DNA of 52,534 nt from Pseudomonadota bacterium (GCA_021813275.1 JAKALD010000001.1:1-52534); one strand, 5' to 3'; numbered from the stretch's first letter, positions 25,876-38,321 are shown. Notes: generated by a model from the letters alone, not told the origin. Numbers and translations: made by a program.

Positions 25876-26712
25876 ATGAGCCACCCCTCCAAAGCGGGGC
25901 GCGCGCGCTCGAGCGGCCGAGCGGGCCCCACCGCGTGCGCGGGTACCGACCTGAGCGTGGTGATCAGCGGGGGCGCAAGCGGCATCGGCGCGGCCACCGC
26001 ACGCCGCATCGTCGCCGCCGGCGGCCACGTGGGCATTCTGGACGTCAACGGCGCCCTCGCGAGGCAGGTCGCGAAGGGGCTGGGCGAGCGCGCCGTCGCG
26101 GTAACAGCCGACGTCCTGGACGAAGGCCAGGTCCGGCGCGCGCACCGCCGCTTCGCAACCGCGCTCCCCGACATTCGCGGCCTGGTCAATTGCGCCGGCA
26201 TGCCGCAGGTGCCGCGGACGATCGAGGAATACGCGGTCGAGGACTGGTCCGCGGTCCTCGACTCGCATCTGCGCACGACGTACGTCGCGTGCCGCGAGTT
26301 CGGAGGCGCGATGGCGCGCCGCGGGGCCGGCGCCATCGTTAATCTCGCTTCGGTGCTCGCGTTTCGGCCCGGGCCGGTGCTCGCGTACGGTCCGGCCAAG
26401 GCCGCGGTCGTGAGTCTCACCGAAAGCCTGGCGGTGCAGTGGGCGCACCGCGGCGTGCGCGTCAACGCGGTAGCGCCGGGATGGACTGACACCCCGTTCC
26501 TGCGGCCCAAGGAGCGCAAGGGCGAGCGCGACCTGACGCCCATCATTCGCGCGACTCCGCTCGGGCGGCTGCTCAAGCCGCAGGAGATCGCCGAGGTGAT
26601 CGTGTTCCTGCTCTCAGCCGCGGCGAGCGGCGTGACAGGAGCGACCGTCGCCTGCGACGGCGGCGTGATGGCCGGCAGCGGCTGGATGCCCTATGGCGGG
26701 ATCCCCGCGTAG
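25876..26712 (+). CDS. SDR family oxidoreductase
   Basis: Start trimmed to MSHPSKAG. The cofactor motif is ISGGASGIGAA and the catalytic motif is YGPAKAAV. Confidence 0.8.
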   Translation: MSHPSKAGRARSSGRAGPTACAGTDLSVVISGGASGIGAATARRIVAAGGHVGILDVNGALARQVAKGLGERAVAVTADVLDEGQVRRAHRRFATALPDIRGLVNCAGMPQVPRTIEEYAVEDWSAVLDSHLRTTYVACREFGGAMARRGAGAIVNLASVLAFRPGPVLAYGPAKAAVVSLTESLAVQWAHRGVRVNAVAPGWTDTPFLRPKERKGERDLTPIIRATPLGRLLKPQEIAEVIVFLLSAAASGVTGATVACDGGVMAGSGWMPYGGIPA

Positions 26713-27499
26713 CCCGGGCCGCGGCGCGCCGCGCGCGCGGGTGCAGCGCTCCGCGGTCGCCGCAGGCCTCGTCGTGGCGCTGCTCGCCGCGTGGTACCTC
26801 ACGACCGGGCCCTTGGAGCTGGTCAACTCGCTGCAATTCCCTTCGCCAGACGACGCGTACGAAGCGCTCAGGCAGCTGACGAGCCCGGGCTACGCCGGCG
26901 CGACGCTCGCGCGCCACATCGCCGACAGCCTCGCGCTGGTGGGACTGGGATTCGTCGCGGCGACGCTCACCGGAATTCCGCTCGGCATCCTGATGGGCTC
27001 GAGCCGGCTCGCGGAGGCCTACATCAACCCGGTCTTCCAGCTGATCCGGCCGATCGCGCCGATCGCCTGGATCCCGCTCACGATCCTGTGGTTCGGCCTC
27101 GGCACGGCGGCAAAGGTGTTCGTGGTCTGGCTGGCCGCGTTCTCGCCGGCGGCGATCAACGCCTTCACGGGAGTGCGCAACGTCGATCCGGTGCTGATCG
27201 CGGCCGCACGGGTGCACGGCGCCTCGGCGCGCCAGGTACTCTCGCAGGTCGTGATACCGGCGTCCCTGCCGACCATCTTCACCGGCCTGCGGGTATCCCT
27301 CCAGGCCTGCTGGATGGTGCTGGTGGCCGCGGAGCTGGTCGGGTCGTTCGCCGGGCTCGGCCACATCATGATCATTGCGACCCGCGATCTCAATTCCGGA
27401 ATGATCTTCGTGGCGATGGCGTGCGTGGCGCTGCTCGGCGTGGCGTTGAGCGTCGCGCTCGCGTGGGTCGAGCGCTGGGCGGTTCCATGGCGACGCTAG
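26693..27499 (+). CDS. ABC transporter permease 1, NitT/TauT family
   Basis: 268 aa. Hydrophobic helices are present, with PIAWIPLTILWFGLG and the EAA loop AARVHGASARQVLSQVVIPASLP. The start is uncertain: ATG at 26693 or GTG at 26741. Confidence 0.8.
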   Translation: MAGSPRSPGRGAPRARVQRSAVAAGLVVALLAAWYLTTGPLELVNSLQFPSPDDAYEALRQLTSPGYAGATLARHIADSLALVGLGFVAATLTGIPLGILMGSSRLAEAYINPVFQLIRPIAPIAWIPLTILWFGLGTAAKVFVVWLAAFSPAAINAFTGVRNVDPVLIAAARVHGASARQVLSQVVIPASLPTIFTGLRVSLQACWMVLVAAELVGSFAGLGHIMIIATRDLNSGMIFVAMACVALLGVALSVALAWVERWAVPWRR

Positions 27500-28308
27500 G
27501 CGCCCCGGCCCGCGCGCACGCGGCACCGCAGGCGCTTTCCGACTCGGCCGCGTGGCGGACGATCGCCTCGACGCTGGGCGTCGCGACGTTCATCGGGGTC
27601 TGGGTCGCCGTGACCTCCCTCGGGCTGGTGCCGCCGACGTTCCTGCCCAGCCCGACCGCGGTGCTGGCAAGAATCGTGGACCTCACGCACGAGCCGTACT
27701 CCGGTTCGTTGCTGCAGGCACATCTGCTCGCCAGCCTGCGCAAATTCGGGTTGAGCTACCTGCTTGCGGTCGTGATCGGCGTTCCGCTCGGCCTGCTCAT
27801 GGGGCGCTTCCGCTTCGTCGATTGGCTGGTCTCGCCTGTGTTCGAGGGACTGCGCTTCATTCCGCCGATTGCGTGGGTGCCCTTCTCCATCCTCTGGTTC
27901 GGCACCGGATTCCTCGCTCCGACCCTCGTGATCTTTGCCGGGGCCTTCTCACCCTGCGTGTTAAACGCCTACCGCGGCGCGAAGCTCATCGACCGGCAGC
28001 TCATCGAAGCCGCGCAGACCCTCGGCGCGCGGGGCTGGACCATGCTCGGCCAGGTCATGCTGCCGGCGGCGCTTCCGCACATCGTGGCCGGGCTACGCGT
28101 AAGCGCCGGCTTCGGCTGGCAGTCGCTCATCGGGGCCGAGCTGATCGTGGGCTCGACCGGCTTGGGCTACATGATCGTTCAGGGTGAAAGCAATCTGGCG
28201 CCGGCCGTCGTGATCGCCGGAATGGCGACCATCGGCGTCGTCGGGGCGCTGATCGACTACACCATGCGTGCCCTGGAGGACTGGATCCGGCGCGATTGGG
28301 GTCGCTAG
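27487..28308 (+). CDS. ABC transporter permease 2, NitT/TauT family
   Basis: 273 aa after trimming to MATLGAPA. It contains PIAWVPFSILWFGTG and the EAA loop AAQTLGARGWTMLGQVMLPAALP. It overlaps permease 1 by 13 nt. Confidence 0.8.
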   Translation: MATLGAPARAHAAPQALSDSAAWRTIASTLGVATFIGVWVAVTSLGLVPPTFLPSPTAVLARIVDLTHEPYSGSLLQAHLLASLRKFGLSYLLAVVIGVPLGLLMGRFRFVDWLVSPVFEGLRFIPPIAWVPFSILWFGTGFLAPTLVIFAGAFSPCVLNAYRGAKLIDRQLIEAAQTLGARGWTMLGQVMLPAALPHIVAGLRVSAGFGWQSLIGAELIVGSTGLGYMIVQGESNLAPAVVIAGMATIGVVGALIDYTMRALEDWIRRDWGR

Positions 28309-28361
28309 AGCATGTCCATCGGAGCGGGAGGCGCTCCATGTCACCACGAGGAGGAGAGGAA

Positions 28362-29435
28362 ATGAGAAGCCGAGCATCGAAGACGCTAGTGGGTGTGCTG
28401 CTGGCCGCACTGGCCGGCGCGGGCGCGAGCGCTGCCGCGCGCGCGGCCGACCCGAGTCCATTCCCGGTCCGGGTGAGCCAGCAGCCCCAGCGCTGGGCGC
28501 TGGAGTGGTACATCGCGACGCAAAAGGGCTGGTGGCAGCAGCTCGGCCTGCAGCCGACAATGGTGACGTTCGCCTCCGGAGCGCCGCAGGTCGCCGCCGG
28601 CGCGTCGGGTTCGTGGGACGTCGGCGGCGCGGGTGACCTGCCGGCCGTGCTCGGCGGCAGCCGCTACCGCCTGCAGACCATCGCCATCGCGGACGAGGAG
28701 GCCGCGATCATCACGATCATGGCGACCAAGGACAAGGCCGAGCAGTACGCGAAGAACCCGGCCCTCATCAAGGGCAAGACCATCCCGGTCACGACCAATT
28801 CGACCGGCCAATGGGGCGCGGCGGTTTGCCTGGAGAAGAAATTCGGCCTCAAGCCGGGCGACTACCAGTTCGTCAACCTTTCGCCGCCGGAGATCAATGC
28901 CGCGGTGAGCAGCGGCCGGTACGACATTTCCGAGGTGTGGGCGCCGAACACCTACATTCTCGACTCGACGATCGGGGCCAAGGTGATTTGCGACGGCAAG
29001 GAGATGGGCCTGCCGATCACGAGCAACCTGTTTGCCACGCCGGCCTTCGCCAAGAAACATCCCGAGATCGTCGCCAAGTTCCTTGCGGTGTATCTGCGCG
29101 CGGTCGCGTGGGAGCGCGCCCACCCCAAGGAGACCGTCGAGATGCTGGGTGCGTTCTTCAACTCGGTCGGGGTCAATATTCCCGAAAAGTACCTGCCCGT
29201 GGAGCTGCACAACCGGCCTGCGTTCACGCTGCAGGAGCAGCTGAAGATCTTCCGCGGCAGCGCGAGCGGCAAGTCGCTGGCGGCCGACTGGTCGAATCAG
29301 GTCGCGCAGTTCATGACCTCGGTCGGCGTGATCAACAAGGTTCCGGACGCGAAGGGCTACGTGACCGACAAGTATCTGCTGATGATCGAGCACGATCCGA
29401 AGCTGAAGGCCTTCGCCGAGAACGCCTCGGACTAA
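28362..29435 (+). CDS. ABC transporter substrate-binding protein, NitT/TauT (NMT1-like) family
   Basis: Start trimmed to MRSRASKT, with a GAGGAGAGGAA ribosome-binding site upstream. The signal peptide is LLAALAGAGASAAARA. Confidence 0.8.
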   Translation: MRSRASKTLVGVLLAALAGAGASAAARAADPSPFPVRVSQQPQRWALEWYIATQKGWWQQLGLQPTMVTFASGAPQVAAGASGSWDVGGAGDLPAVLGGSRYRLQTIAIADEEAAIITIMATKDKAEQYAKNPALIKGKTIPVTTNSTGQWGAAVCLEKKFGLKPGDYQFVNLSPPEINAAVSSGRYDISEVWAPNTYILDSTIGAKVICDGKEMGLPITSNLFATPAFAKKHPEIVAKFLAVYLRAVAWERAHPKETVEMLGAFFNSVGVNIPEKYLPVELHNRPAFTLQEQLKIFRGSASGKSLAADWSNQVAQFMTSVGVINKVPDAKGYVTDKYLLMIEHDPKLKAFAENASD

Positions 29436-29630
29436 GCGCCACCGCCAGCTCGGTCGCGGCTAGTCGCCGGCGCGCTCGCGTCGGCGGCCGCCACGGCCGG
29501 TCGGCGCGTTTCATCGTGCGTGGGCCGACGCGCCCGCCCGGGCGTCATAATCGGGGTCACCGCGCACGCGTGCCGCAAACGGATACGCGCTCCAGCATCC
29601 GGCGCGGCGTCGGGCAAGGGAACAACAATT

Positions 29631-30428
29631 GTGAGCTCCATCCAATTCGAGCGAGTCGTACGCACGTTCACGCGCAACGGGCAAGACGTGCGAGCCGTGG
29701 ACGAGGTCAGCTTCGTGGTCGCGGAGAGGGAATTCGTCGCAATCGTGGGGCCGTCCGGCTGCGGCAAGACCACGCTGCTGCGCATGGCGGCGGGACTGGA
29801 CTTTCCGACCGGCGGTGCCGTACGAGTCGGAGACCGGCAGATCGACGGGCCCGGGTCGGACCGCGCGGTGGTCTTTCAGCAGTTCGCACTGTTCCCCTGG
29901 AAGACCGTGGCGGACAACATCGCTTTTGGGCTCAAGTGCCGGGGGACTGCGGAGAGCGCCAGACAGGAGATCGTCTCGCACTATGTCGCGCTGATGGGGC
30001 TGCAGGGCTACGAGCGCGCCTTCCCGCACCAGCTCTCGGGCGGCATGCAGCAACGCGTGGCGATCGCGCGCAGCTACGCGCTCGAGCCGAGTGTGCTTCT
30101 GATGGACGAACCCTTCGGCGCCCTCGACGCGCAGACCCGCGTCGGGATGCAGGAGGAGCTCGTGCGCCTCTCGCGGATCAATCCGCGCACGGTGCTATTC
30201 ATCACCCACTCCGTCGAGGAAGCCGTCTATCTGGCCGATCGCGTCGTCGTCATGACGCGGCGGCCGGGGCGTATTCGTGAGATCGTGGAGGTCACGCCGG
30301 TCCGGCGGCGCGAGGGCTGGGACGCCTGCGAGCGCATCGAGGACGTGATGGACCAGGAGTCGTTCGTACACCTGCGCACGCACATCTGGAAGCTGCTGCG
30401 CGAGCAGCACGGCGCGTCCGCGCACTGA
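29631..30428 (+). CDS. ABC transporter ATP-binding protein, NitT/TauT family
   Basis: 265 aa from a GTG start (VSSIQFERV). Walker A GPSGCGKTT, signature LSGGMQQRVAIARS and Walker B LLMDEPF are present. Confidence 0.85.
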   Translation: MSSIQFERVVRTFTRNGQDVRAVDEVSFVVAEREFVAIVGPSGCGKTTLLRMAAGLDFPTGGAVRVGDRQIDGPGSDRAVVFQQFALFPWKTVADNIAFGLKCRGTAESARQEIVSHYVALMGLQGYERAFPHQLSGGMQQRVAIARSYALEPSVLLMDEPFGALDAQTRVGMQEELVRLSRINPRTVLFITHSVEEAVYLADRVVVMTRRPGRIREIVEVTPVRRREGWDACERIEDVMDQESFVHLRTHIWKLLREQHGASAH

Positions 30429-30443
30429 GCCGAGAGAGGAACC

Positions 30444-31322
30444 GTGAAGAAAATCGCCTTTCTGGGCCTGGGCACCATGGGTGGCCCGATGGCCCGCAAC
30501 CTGATCGCGGCCGGACACGAGCTGGCGGTGTTCGACGTGTCCGCGCGCGCGCTCGAGCCGTTCGCGAGCCTGCCCTGCCGGATCGCCGGCTCGCCGCGCG
30601 ACGCTGCCACGGGCGTCGACGCGGTCATCACGATGCTTCCCGACTCGGCGCATGTGCGCGAGGCGCTCCTCGGTGCCGCGGGTGCCTGCCAGGCGCTCGA
30701 AAAGGGCCGCCTGGTCATCGACATGAGCACGATCGCGGCTTCGTCGAGCCTCGCGCTCGCGCGCGATCTGAATGCGCTGGGCTACCGCATGCTCGACGCG
30801 CCCGTCGGCCGCACGCCGGCGGACGCCGCCGCCGGCACGCTGCTGGTCATCGTGGGGGGCGCCGAGGCCGACCTCGCCGAGGCGCGCCCGATCTTCGAGC
30901 GCCTGGGCAGCACGATCGTGCACGCCGGCCCGCAAGGCCACGGCATCAAGCTCAAGCTCGTGAACAACTACATGTCCGCCGTCGGCACGCTGCTCACCGC
31001 GGAGGCGCTCACCCTCGCGAAAAAGGTCGGGCTGGACCGGGCGATCACGGTGCAGGTGCTGAGCAGCACGACGGCCGGGCGCGGCCAGCTGATCGTGAAC
31101 TACCCGAAGAAGGTGCTTGCAGGCGACGTGAGCCCCGACTTCCCCATGCGCATGGCGCACAAGGACGTGAGCCACGCGCTCAGCCTCGGCGCCGAGGCGG
31201 GCTCGCCCCTGCTGCTTGGCGCGATCGCCCGCGAGATGCTGGCGCTCGCGGGACCATGGGGTCGCGCCGACCAGGACTGGACGGCGATGCTCCTGCTGCT
31301 CGAGGACCTCAGCCGGGCCTGA
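30444..31322 (+). CDS. Beta-hydroxyacid dehydrogenase family oxidoreductase (3-hydroxyisobutyrate / tartronate semialdehyde reductase-like)
   Basis: 292 aa with a GTG start. The N-terminal motif is KIAFLGLGTMGGPMA, and the conserved region is LDAPVGR...G...KLVNN. Confidence 0.85.
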   Translation: MKKIAFLGLGTMGGPMARNLIAAGHELAVFDVSARALEPFASLPCRIAGSPRDAATGVDAVITMLPDSAHVREALLGAAGACQALEKGRLVIDMSTIAASSSLALARDLNALGYRMLDAPVGRTPADAAAGTLLVIVGGAEADLAEARPIFERLGSTIVHAGPQGHGIKLKLVNNYMSAVGTLLTAEALTLAKKVGLDRAITVQVLSSTTAGRGQLIVNYPKKVLAGDVSPDFPMRMAHKDVSHALSLGAEAGSPLLLGAIAREMLALAGPWGRADQDWTAMLLLLEDLSRA

Positions 31323-31340
31323 GCGGCCTCGCGCAGGACC

Positions 31341-32333
31341 TCAGGGAATCAGCAGCACCTTTGCCGCCGCAAGGCGGCCGCGGTCGAGATCGTCGAACGC
31401 GCGGGCGCCTTCGCCAAGGCTGCGCTCCTCCACCCAGGAAAGGTCGCCGAAGGCGCCTGCGTGCAGCGCTCGCACCGTGGCGCGCAGGTCGGCGGTCGTG
31501 TAGGTATAGGTTCCGAGCAGCGTGATTTCGGCGAGCGTGAGCCTGCGCATGTCGATCTCGCTCGCCCAATCCTGCAGGCCGACGTGCATCACGACGCCGC
31601 CCGGCTTCACCGCCGACAGCGCGGCGCGCCGGGTGTCTTTGCTGCCGACCGCGTCGAACACGAAGTCCACGCTGCCTTCGGCCGGGCCGCTTTCCTTCAG
31701 CGGATCATAGGCGCGGCAGCCGGCGTGGCGCTCGGCCGCCGCGCGGCGCAGCGGGTTGACCTCCGCGGTGCGCAGCCCCCGGCAGCCGTAAGAGCGCATG
31801 AGGAGCGCCGCGAGCAGGCCGACCGCCCCGGCGCCGATCACCAGCACGGTGGCCTCCGGCAGCGGGCGCGCCAAGGCGCGCATCGACAGGTGCAGCGCGT
31901 GCAGCGCCGTCGCGGCGGGCTCGGTCAGCGCGGCCTGCCGCGCGCTCATGTCCCCCGGAAGCTCGATCAGGCTGCTCGTTGGGATCGACATGTACTGCGC
32001 GAAGGCGCCGGGACGGCTCATGCCGACCATGCTGCGGTTCGCGCACAGGTTGTTGCGGCCCTGCGCGCAGAATTCGCAATACCCGCAAGTGATGAGCGGG
32101 TTCGCGGTCACGCGCTTGCCCGTGCCGGGTCCCGCCACGATCTCGCCGGCGAGCTCGTGCCCGAGGATGAGCGGCGGCACGCGCCGCGGATCATGCCCGT
32201 GATAGGCATGCATGTCCGAGCCGCAGATGCCGGCGGCTTCGATCCTGATCACTGCTTCGCCTGGCGCCTGAGCCGGCTCGGGCTCGTCGCGAAAGACCAC
32301 TTCGCGCGGGCCCGTGTAGACGAGGGCTTTCAT
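31341..32333 (-). CDS. Zn-dependent alcohol/polyol dehydrogenase (MDR family)
   Basis: 330 aa. Zn ligand motifs GICGSDMH and GHELAGE, the structural Cys cluster CGYCEFC and the Rossmann motif VIGAGAVGL are present. Confidence 0.85.
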   Translation of the reverse strand: MKALVYTGPREVVFRDEPEPAQAPGEAVIRIEAAGICGSDMHAYHGHDPRRVPPLILGHELAGEIVAGPGTGKRVTANPLITCGYCEFCAQGRNNLCANRSMVGMSRPGAFAQYMSIPTSSLIELPGDMSARQAALTEPAATALHALHLSMRALARPLPEATVLVIGAGAVGLLAALLMRSYGCRGLRTAEVNPLRRAAAERHAGCRAYDPLKESGPAEGSVDFVFDAVGSKDTRRAALSAVKPGGVVMHVGLQDWASEIDMRRLTLAEITLLGTYTYTTADLRATVRALHAGAFGDLSWVEERSLGEGARAFDDLDRGRLAAAKVLLIP

Positions 32334-32349
32334 CGTCGCCTTCCGGTCG

Positions 32350-33120
32350 TCACTTGGCGCTGAATCCGCCGTCCACGTAGATCGTCTGGCCGGTGATGTA
32401 CGCGGACGCGTCCGAGGCGAGGAAGACCGTCACGCCGTGCAGGTCCTCGAGCTCGCCGTTGCGGCCGATCATGGTGCGCGCCGCCAGATCGGCCACGCGC
32501 CTGGGGTCGGCGTACACCGGGGCGGTGAGGGCGGTCGGGAAGAATCCGGGACCGATTGCATTGCAGGTCACGCCCTTCGCGGACCAGGTCTCGGCCATCG
32601 CTCGGGTGAGCTGCACGATCCCGCCCTTCGAGGCACCGTAGGGCGCTCCGTCGGGAAAGGCGCGCAGCGACTGCATGGATGCAACGTTGATGATCCGGCC
32701 GCGCCCTTTCGCGACCATACCCGGCACCACGTGCCGGGAGAGAAAGAACGGCACGGTCAGGTTGAGCAGGATCTGCGCGTCCCAGCTCGCCTCCGTGATG
32801 CGCTCGGCCGGCTCGCGCAGGTTGATCCCGGCGGCGTTCACCAGGATGTCCGCGGCTCCGAAGTGGGCCGCTGCGTGCGCCATGCACTCGGCGAGCCGCG
32901 AGCGCTCGCTCACGTCGCATGCCACGTAGGCGGCGCGCGCCCCGGACTCCGAGATGCCGCGTGCCGCCTCGCGCAGCGCGTCCTCTCGGCGCGCAACCAG
33001 CACCACGGCCGCGCCGGCGCCCGCGAGCGCCTGCCCCATCGCGAGCCCGATGCCGGAGCTCCCGCCCGTGACGAGGGCGACGCGGCCGGTCAGATCGAAC
33101 AGGGCGGGAATCGGGCGCAT
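32350..33120 (-). CDS. SDR family oxidoreductase
   Basis: 256 aa. The motifs TGGSSGIG, NAAG and the catalytic YGASKGG are present. Confidence 0.85.
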   Translation of the reverse strand: MRPIPALFDLTGRVALVTGGSSGIGLAMGQALAGAGAAVVLVARREDALREAARGISESGARAAYVACDVSERSRLAECMAHAAAHFGAADILVNAAGINLREPAERITEASWDAQILLNLTVPFFLSRHVVPGMVAKGRGRIINVASMQSLRAFPDGAPYGASKGGIVQLTRAMAETWSAKGVTCNAIGPGFFPTALTAPVYADPRRVADLAARTMIGRNGELEDLHGVTVFLASDASAYITGQTIYVDGGFSAK

Positions 33121-33123
33121 CGC

Positions 33124-35499
<2,376 letters not shown>

Positions 35500-35522
35500 T
35501 CATTCGGGTTGATCGACGACGT

Positions 35523-36344
35523 TCACGCGGGCTGCGCCGGCACCCCGGGCACCGCCGCGCCTTCCTGCTGTTCGCGCAGCATGCGCCAGATCCTGGTGCG
35601 CAGATGCACGAACGACTCCAGATCCATGACCTCTTCGACGTGCTCGAGCTTCTCCCACGCTTCTCTCCTGCGCACCGAAGCGATGTCGAGAATCTCGCGG
35701 ATGCGCCCGGGCGAGCGCGTCATCACCACGACGCGATCGGCGAGGTACACGGCCTCCTCGACGCTGTGGGTGATGAACAGCGCGGTGCGCGGATTCACCC
35801 GACACAGCTTGATCAGCTCCTCTTGCATCACGACGCGGGTCTGCGCATCGAGCGCGCCGAAGGGCTCATCCATGAGCAGCACGTCCGGATCGAGCGCGTA
35901 GCTGCGGGCGATCGCCACGCGCTGCTGCATGCCGCCGGAGAGCTGCTGCGGGTAGGCGCGCTCGTAGCCCTGCAGCCCCATCAGCTCGACGTAGCGGGCC
36001 ACGATCGCCGCGCGGGCGTCGGAGGGCGTCCCGCGGCAGCGCAATCCGAAGCCGATGTTCTCTTCCACTGTCTTCCACGGGAACAGCGCGAACTGCTGGA
36101 ACACCACGGCCCGGTCCGGGCCGGGGCCCGCCACTTCGTGCGCTCCGACCAGCACCGAGCCCGCGCTCGGGAAATCCAGCCCCGCCGCCATGCGCAGCAG
36201 CGTGGTCTTGCCGCAACCCGAGGGCCCGACGATGGCGACGAATTCCTTCTCGCCGACCTCGAAGCTCACGTCATCGAGCGCCAATACCTCCTGGTCGCTC
36301 CGGCGGAAGGCGCGCTTGACGTTGCGGAACACGATCCGGCTCAA
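35523..36344 (-). CDS. ABC transporter ATP-binding protein, NitT/TauT family
   Basis: Walker A GPSGCGKTT, signature LSGGMQQRVAIARS and Walker B LLMDEPF are present. There is no in-frame ATG near the N-terminus. The likely start is TTG at 36344, forming TTGA with the upstream stop, or alternatively GTG at 36332. Confidence 0.8.
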   Translation of the reverse strand: MSRIVFRNVKRAFRRSDQEVLALDDVSFEVGEKEFVAIVGPSGCGKTTLLRMAAGLDFPSAGSVLVGAHEVAGPGPDRAVVFQQFALFPWKTVEENIGFGLRCRGTPSDARAAIVARYVELMGLQGYERAYPQQLSGGMQQRVAIARSYALDPDVLLMDEPFGALDAQTRVVMQEELIKLCRVNPRTALFITHSVEEAVYLADRVVVMTRSPGRIREILDIASVRRREAWEKLEHVEEVMDLESFVHLRTRIWRMLREQQEGAAVPGVPAQPA

Positions 36345-37156
36345 CCCTGATCCCCCCAGCTGCGCCGCACCGCCCGCTCCAGCGCGCGCAGTGCGACGTC
36401 GATGACGAAACCGATCACGCCGATCGCGACCATGGCGGACATCACGATCGGCGTCTGCAGGGAGGTCTGTCCCTGCACCATCAGGTAGCCGACGCCGCTG
36501 GAGACGACGATCAGCTCGGCGCCGATGAGCGACTGCCAGCCGAGGCCGGCGCTCACCCGCAGGCCGGCGACGATCGAGGGGAGCGCCGCCGGTACCAGCA
36601 CCTCGCCGATGGCCCTCAGGCCGCCCGCCCCGAGCGTCTGCGCAGCCTCGACCAGGACCTTGTCGACCTGACGCGCGCCGCGGTATGCGTTGATCACGCA
36701 CGGCGGGAACGCGCCGCTGAATATGATGAGAATCGGCCCGCCGATTCCCGTGCCGAACCAGAGCGCCGCGAACGGCACCCACGCGATCGGAGCGACGAAG
36801 CGCACCGCCTCGAACAGCGGCGTAACCAGATCGTCGAGCCAGCGGTACCAGCCCATGAGCAGGCCGAGCGGCACGCCGAGCGCCGCAGCGAGACCAAAGC
36901 CGAGCGCGAAGCGCTTCAGGCTCGCCAACGTATGGACCTGGATCGTGTAGCCCGCATAGGGCTGCTGCGCGAGCCGGTCGATCATTTCGGCGATCACTTG
37001 CGGGCCCGGCAGGAAGCGCGAGGGCACCCATCCGCTCGCGGCAACGCCGTACCACGCGGCAAAGAACAGCAGCAGGCCGGCGACAGACAGGGCGGCGAGC
37101 TCGGGCGCCGATGGGATGCCGCGCCCCGGGCGCCGGCTCGCCACTAGCTGCGCCAT
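36341..37156 (-). CDS. ABC transporter permease 2, NitT/TauT family
   Basis: 271 aa after trimming to MAQLVASR. It is closely alignable with the permease at 27487-28308 (PIAWVPFAALWFGTG, AAQTLGAGGLRAIGEVLVPAALP). Confidence 0.8.
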   Translation of the reverse strand: MAQLVASRRPGRGIPSAPELAALSVAGLLLFFAAWYGVAASGWVPSRFLPGPQVIAEMIDRLAQQPYAGYTIQVHTLASLKRFALGFGLAAALGVPLGLLMGWYRWLDDLVTPLFEAVRFVAPIAWVPFAALWFGTGIGGPILIIFSGAFPPCVINAYRGARQVDKVLVEAAQTLGAGGLRAIGEVLVPAALPSIVAGLRVSAGLGWQSLIGAELIVVSSGVGYLMVQGQTSLQTPIVMSAMVAIGVIGFVIDVALRALERAVRRSWGDQG

Positions 37157-38004
37157 GGGATCACCCGTTTCTCGACCACGCCGAGGGCCTTCGTCATCGC
37201 TGCGCCCATGATCCCGACCCAGATCATGGCGTACAGGATCATGCCCGGATAAATGTCGAGCGACGCGACGATCAGCACGTGCCCCAGCCCGAGGATCGCC
37301 CCGACGAGCTCCGCCGCGACCAGCGTCGTCCACGATGCCTGCAGCGACAAGCGCAGCCCGGTGAAGATCATCGGCAGCGCACCGGGGATCAGGACGTGCC
37401 GGACGATCTGCGGCGGCGAGGCCCCGTGTACGCGCGCGGCTGCGATCAGCGTCGGGTCGAGATTCCGCACCCCGGTGTGGCTGTTGATGACCGCCGGGAC
37501 GAATGCGGCGAACCAGATGACGAAGATCTTGGCTCCGTCGCCGAGCCCGAACCAGAGGATCGCCAGCGGGATCCAGGCGAGCGGCGGGATCGGCCGCAGC
37601 AGCAGGAACGCAGGATTGATCAGGGCCTCGGCGCGACGGCTCCAGCCCATCAGCAGCCCGAGCGGGACGCCCACGCCCGAGGCGACCGCGAAGCCCATCA
37701 GCACCAGCTTGCTGCTCTGCCAGACCTGGCGCGACATGGTCCCGCCCGCATACCCGTTCCCGTGCGAGATCTGCAGCGCCGCCTGATAGACGTCGTGGGG
37801 CGACGGAAATCGACCCGGGCTGACGGTATGCGTCACCGAAGTGAGCACATACCAAAGGATCAGCAGCGGCACGATGGCAGCCAGAGCGAGCACCGCGCGG
37901 CGCTGACCGCCCAGGCGTTTGGCGTCGCGCGTCGCGCGCGTCGCGGACGACGACACCGCGGAGGAGCGGCCGGTGGCCGAAGCGGAGCGGACGCTCGCCG
38001 CCAT
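37144..38004 (-). CDS. ABC transporter permease 1, NitT/TauT family
   Basis: Start trimmed to MAASVRSA, which is uncertain. It is alignable with the permease at 26693-27499. It overlaps permease 2 by 13 nt, the same overlap as in the paralogous cluster. Confidence 0.75.
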   Translation of the reverse strand: MAASVRSASATGRSSAVSSSATRATRDAKRLGGQRRAVLALAAIVPLLILWYVLTSVTHTVSPGRFPSPHDVYQAALQISHGNGYAGGTMSRQVWQSSKLVLMGFAVASGVGVPLGLLMGWSRRAEALINPAFLLLRPIPPLAWIPLAILWFGLGDGAKIFVIWFAAFVPAVINSHTGVRNLDPTLIAAARVHGASPPQIVRHVLIPGALPMIFTGLRLSLQASWTTLVAAELVGAILGLGHVLIVASLDIYPGMILYAMIWVGIMGAAMTKALGVVEKRVIPWRS

Positions 38005-38163
38005 GTCAGCCCCGGCGCGCCCGGGCGCCGCTGCCCGCCGCGCGCACGGCAAGCGGCGCTCCGATACGGACGGCTGCCGCGCCGGTCCGGCAATGCATAT
38101 CTCCTCCTCTAATCCCCTCGAGAGCCGGCGCGTCGCCGGCCAAACCCCTGCCTTGAGCAAGGA

Positions 38164-38177
38164 TGAAAGCGCTCTCA
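38164..38177. promoter_or_regulatory. LacI-family operator-like site TGAAAGCGCTCTCA
   Basis: 12 of its 14 positions are palindromic, and it fits the TGnAAnCGnTnnCA pattern. It lies in the divergent intergenic region between permease 1 and the second LacI gene. Confidence 0.45.
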
Positions 38178-38309
38178 AAATCTAGGCTGCTTTGATGCTA
38201 GAGTCAATCGCTCCCAGCTGCCATTTCGCGCCGGCCAAGGTGTTATCCTTATGAAAGAAATCCCGGAACGAGATCCATTGCCGTCCCGGCGCGGTCCAGG
38301 CAAGTTTTT

Positions 38310-38321
38310 GGAAGCGCTTCC
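38310..38321. promoter_or_regulatory. Perfect 12-bp palindrome GGAAGCGCTTCC, candidate LacI-family operator
   Basis: The palindrome was read directly from the sequence. It lies about 90 nt upstream of the LacI GTG start and has a central CG, as in LacI/GalR operators. Confidence 0.45.
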
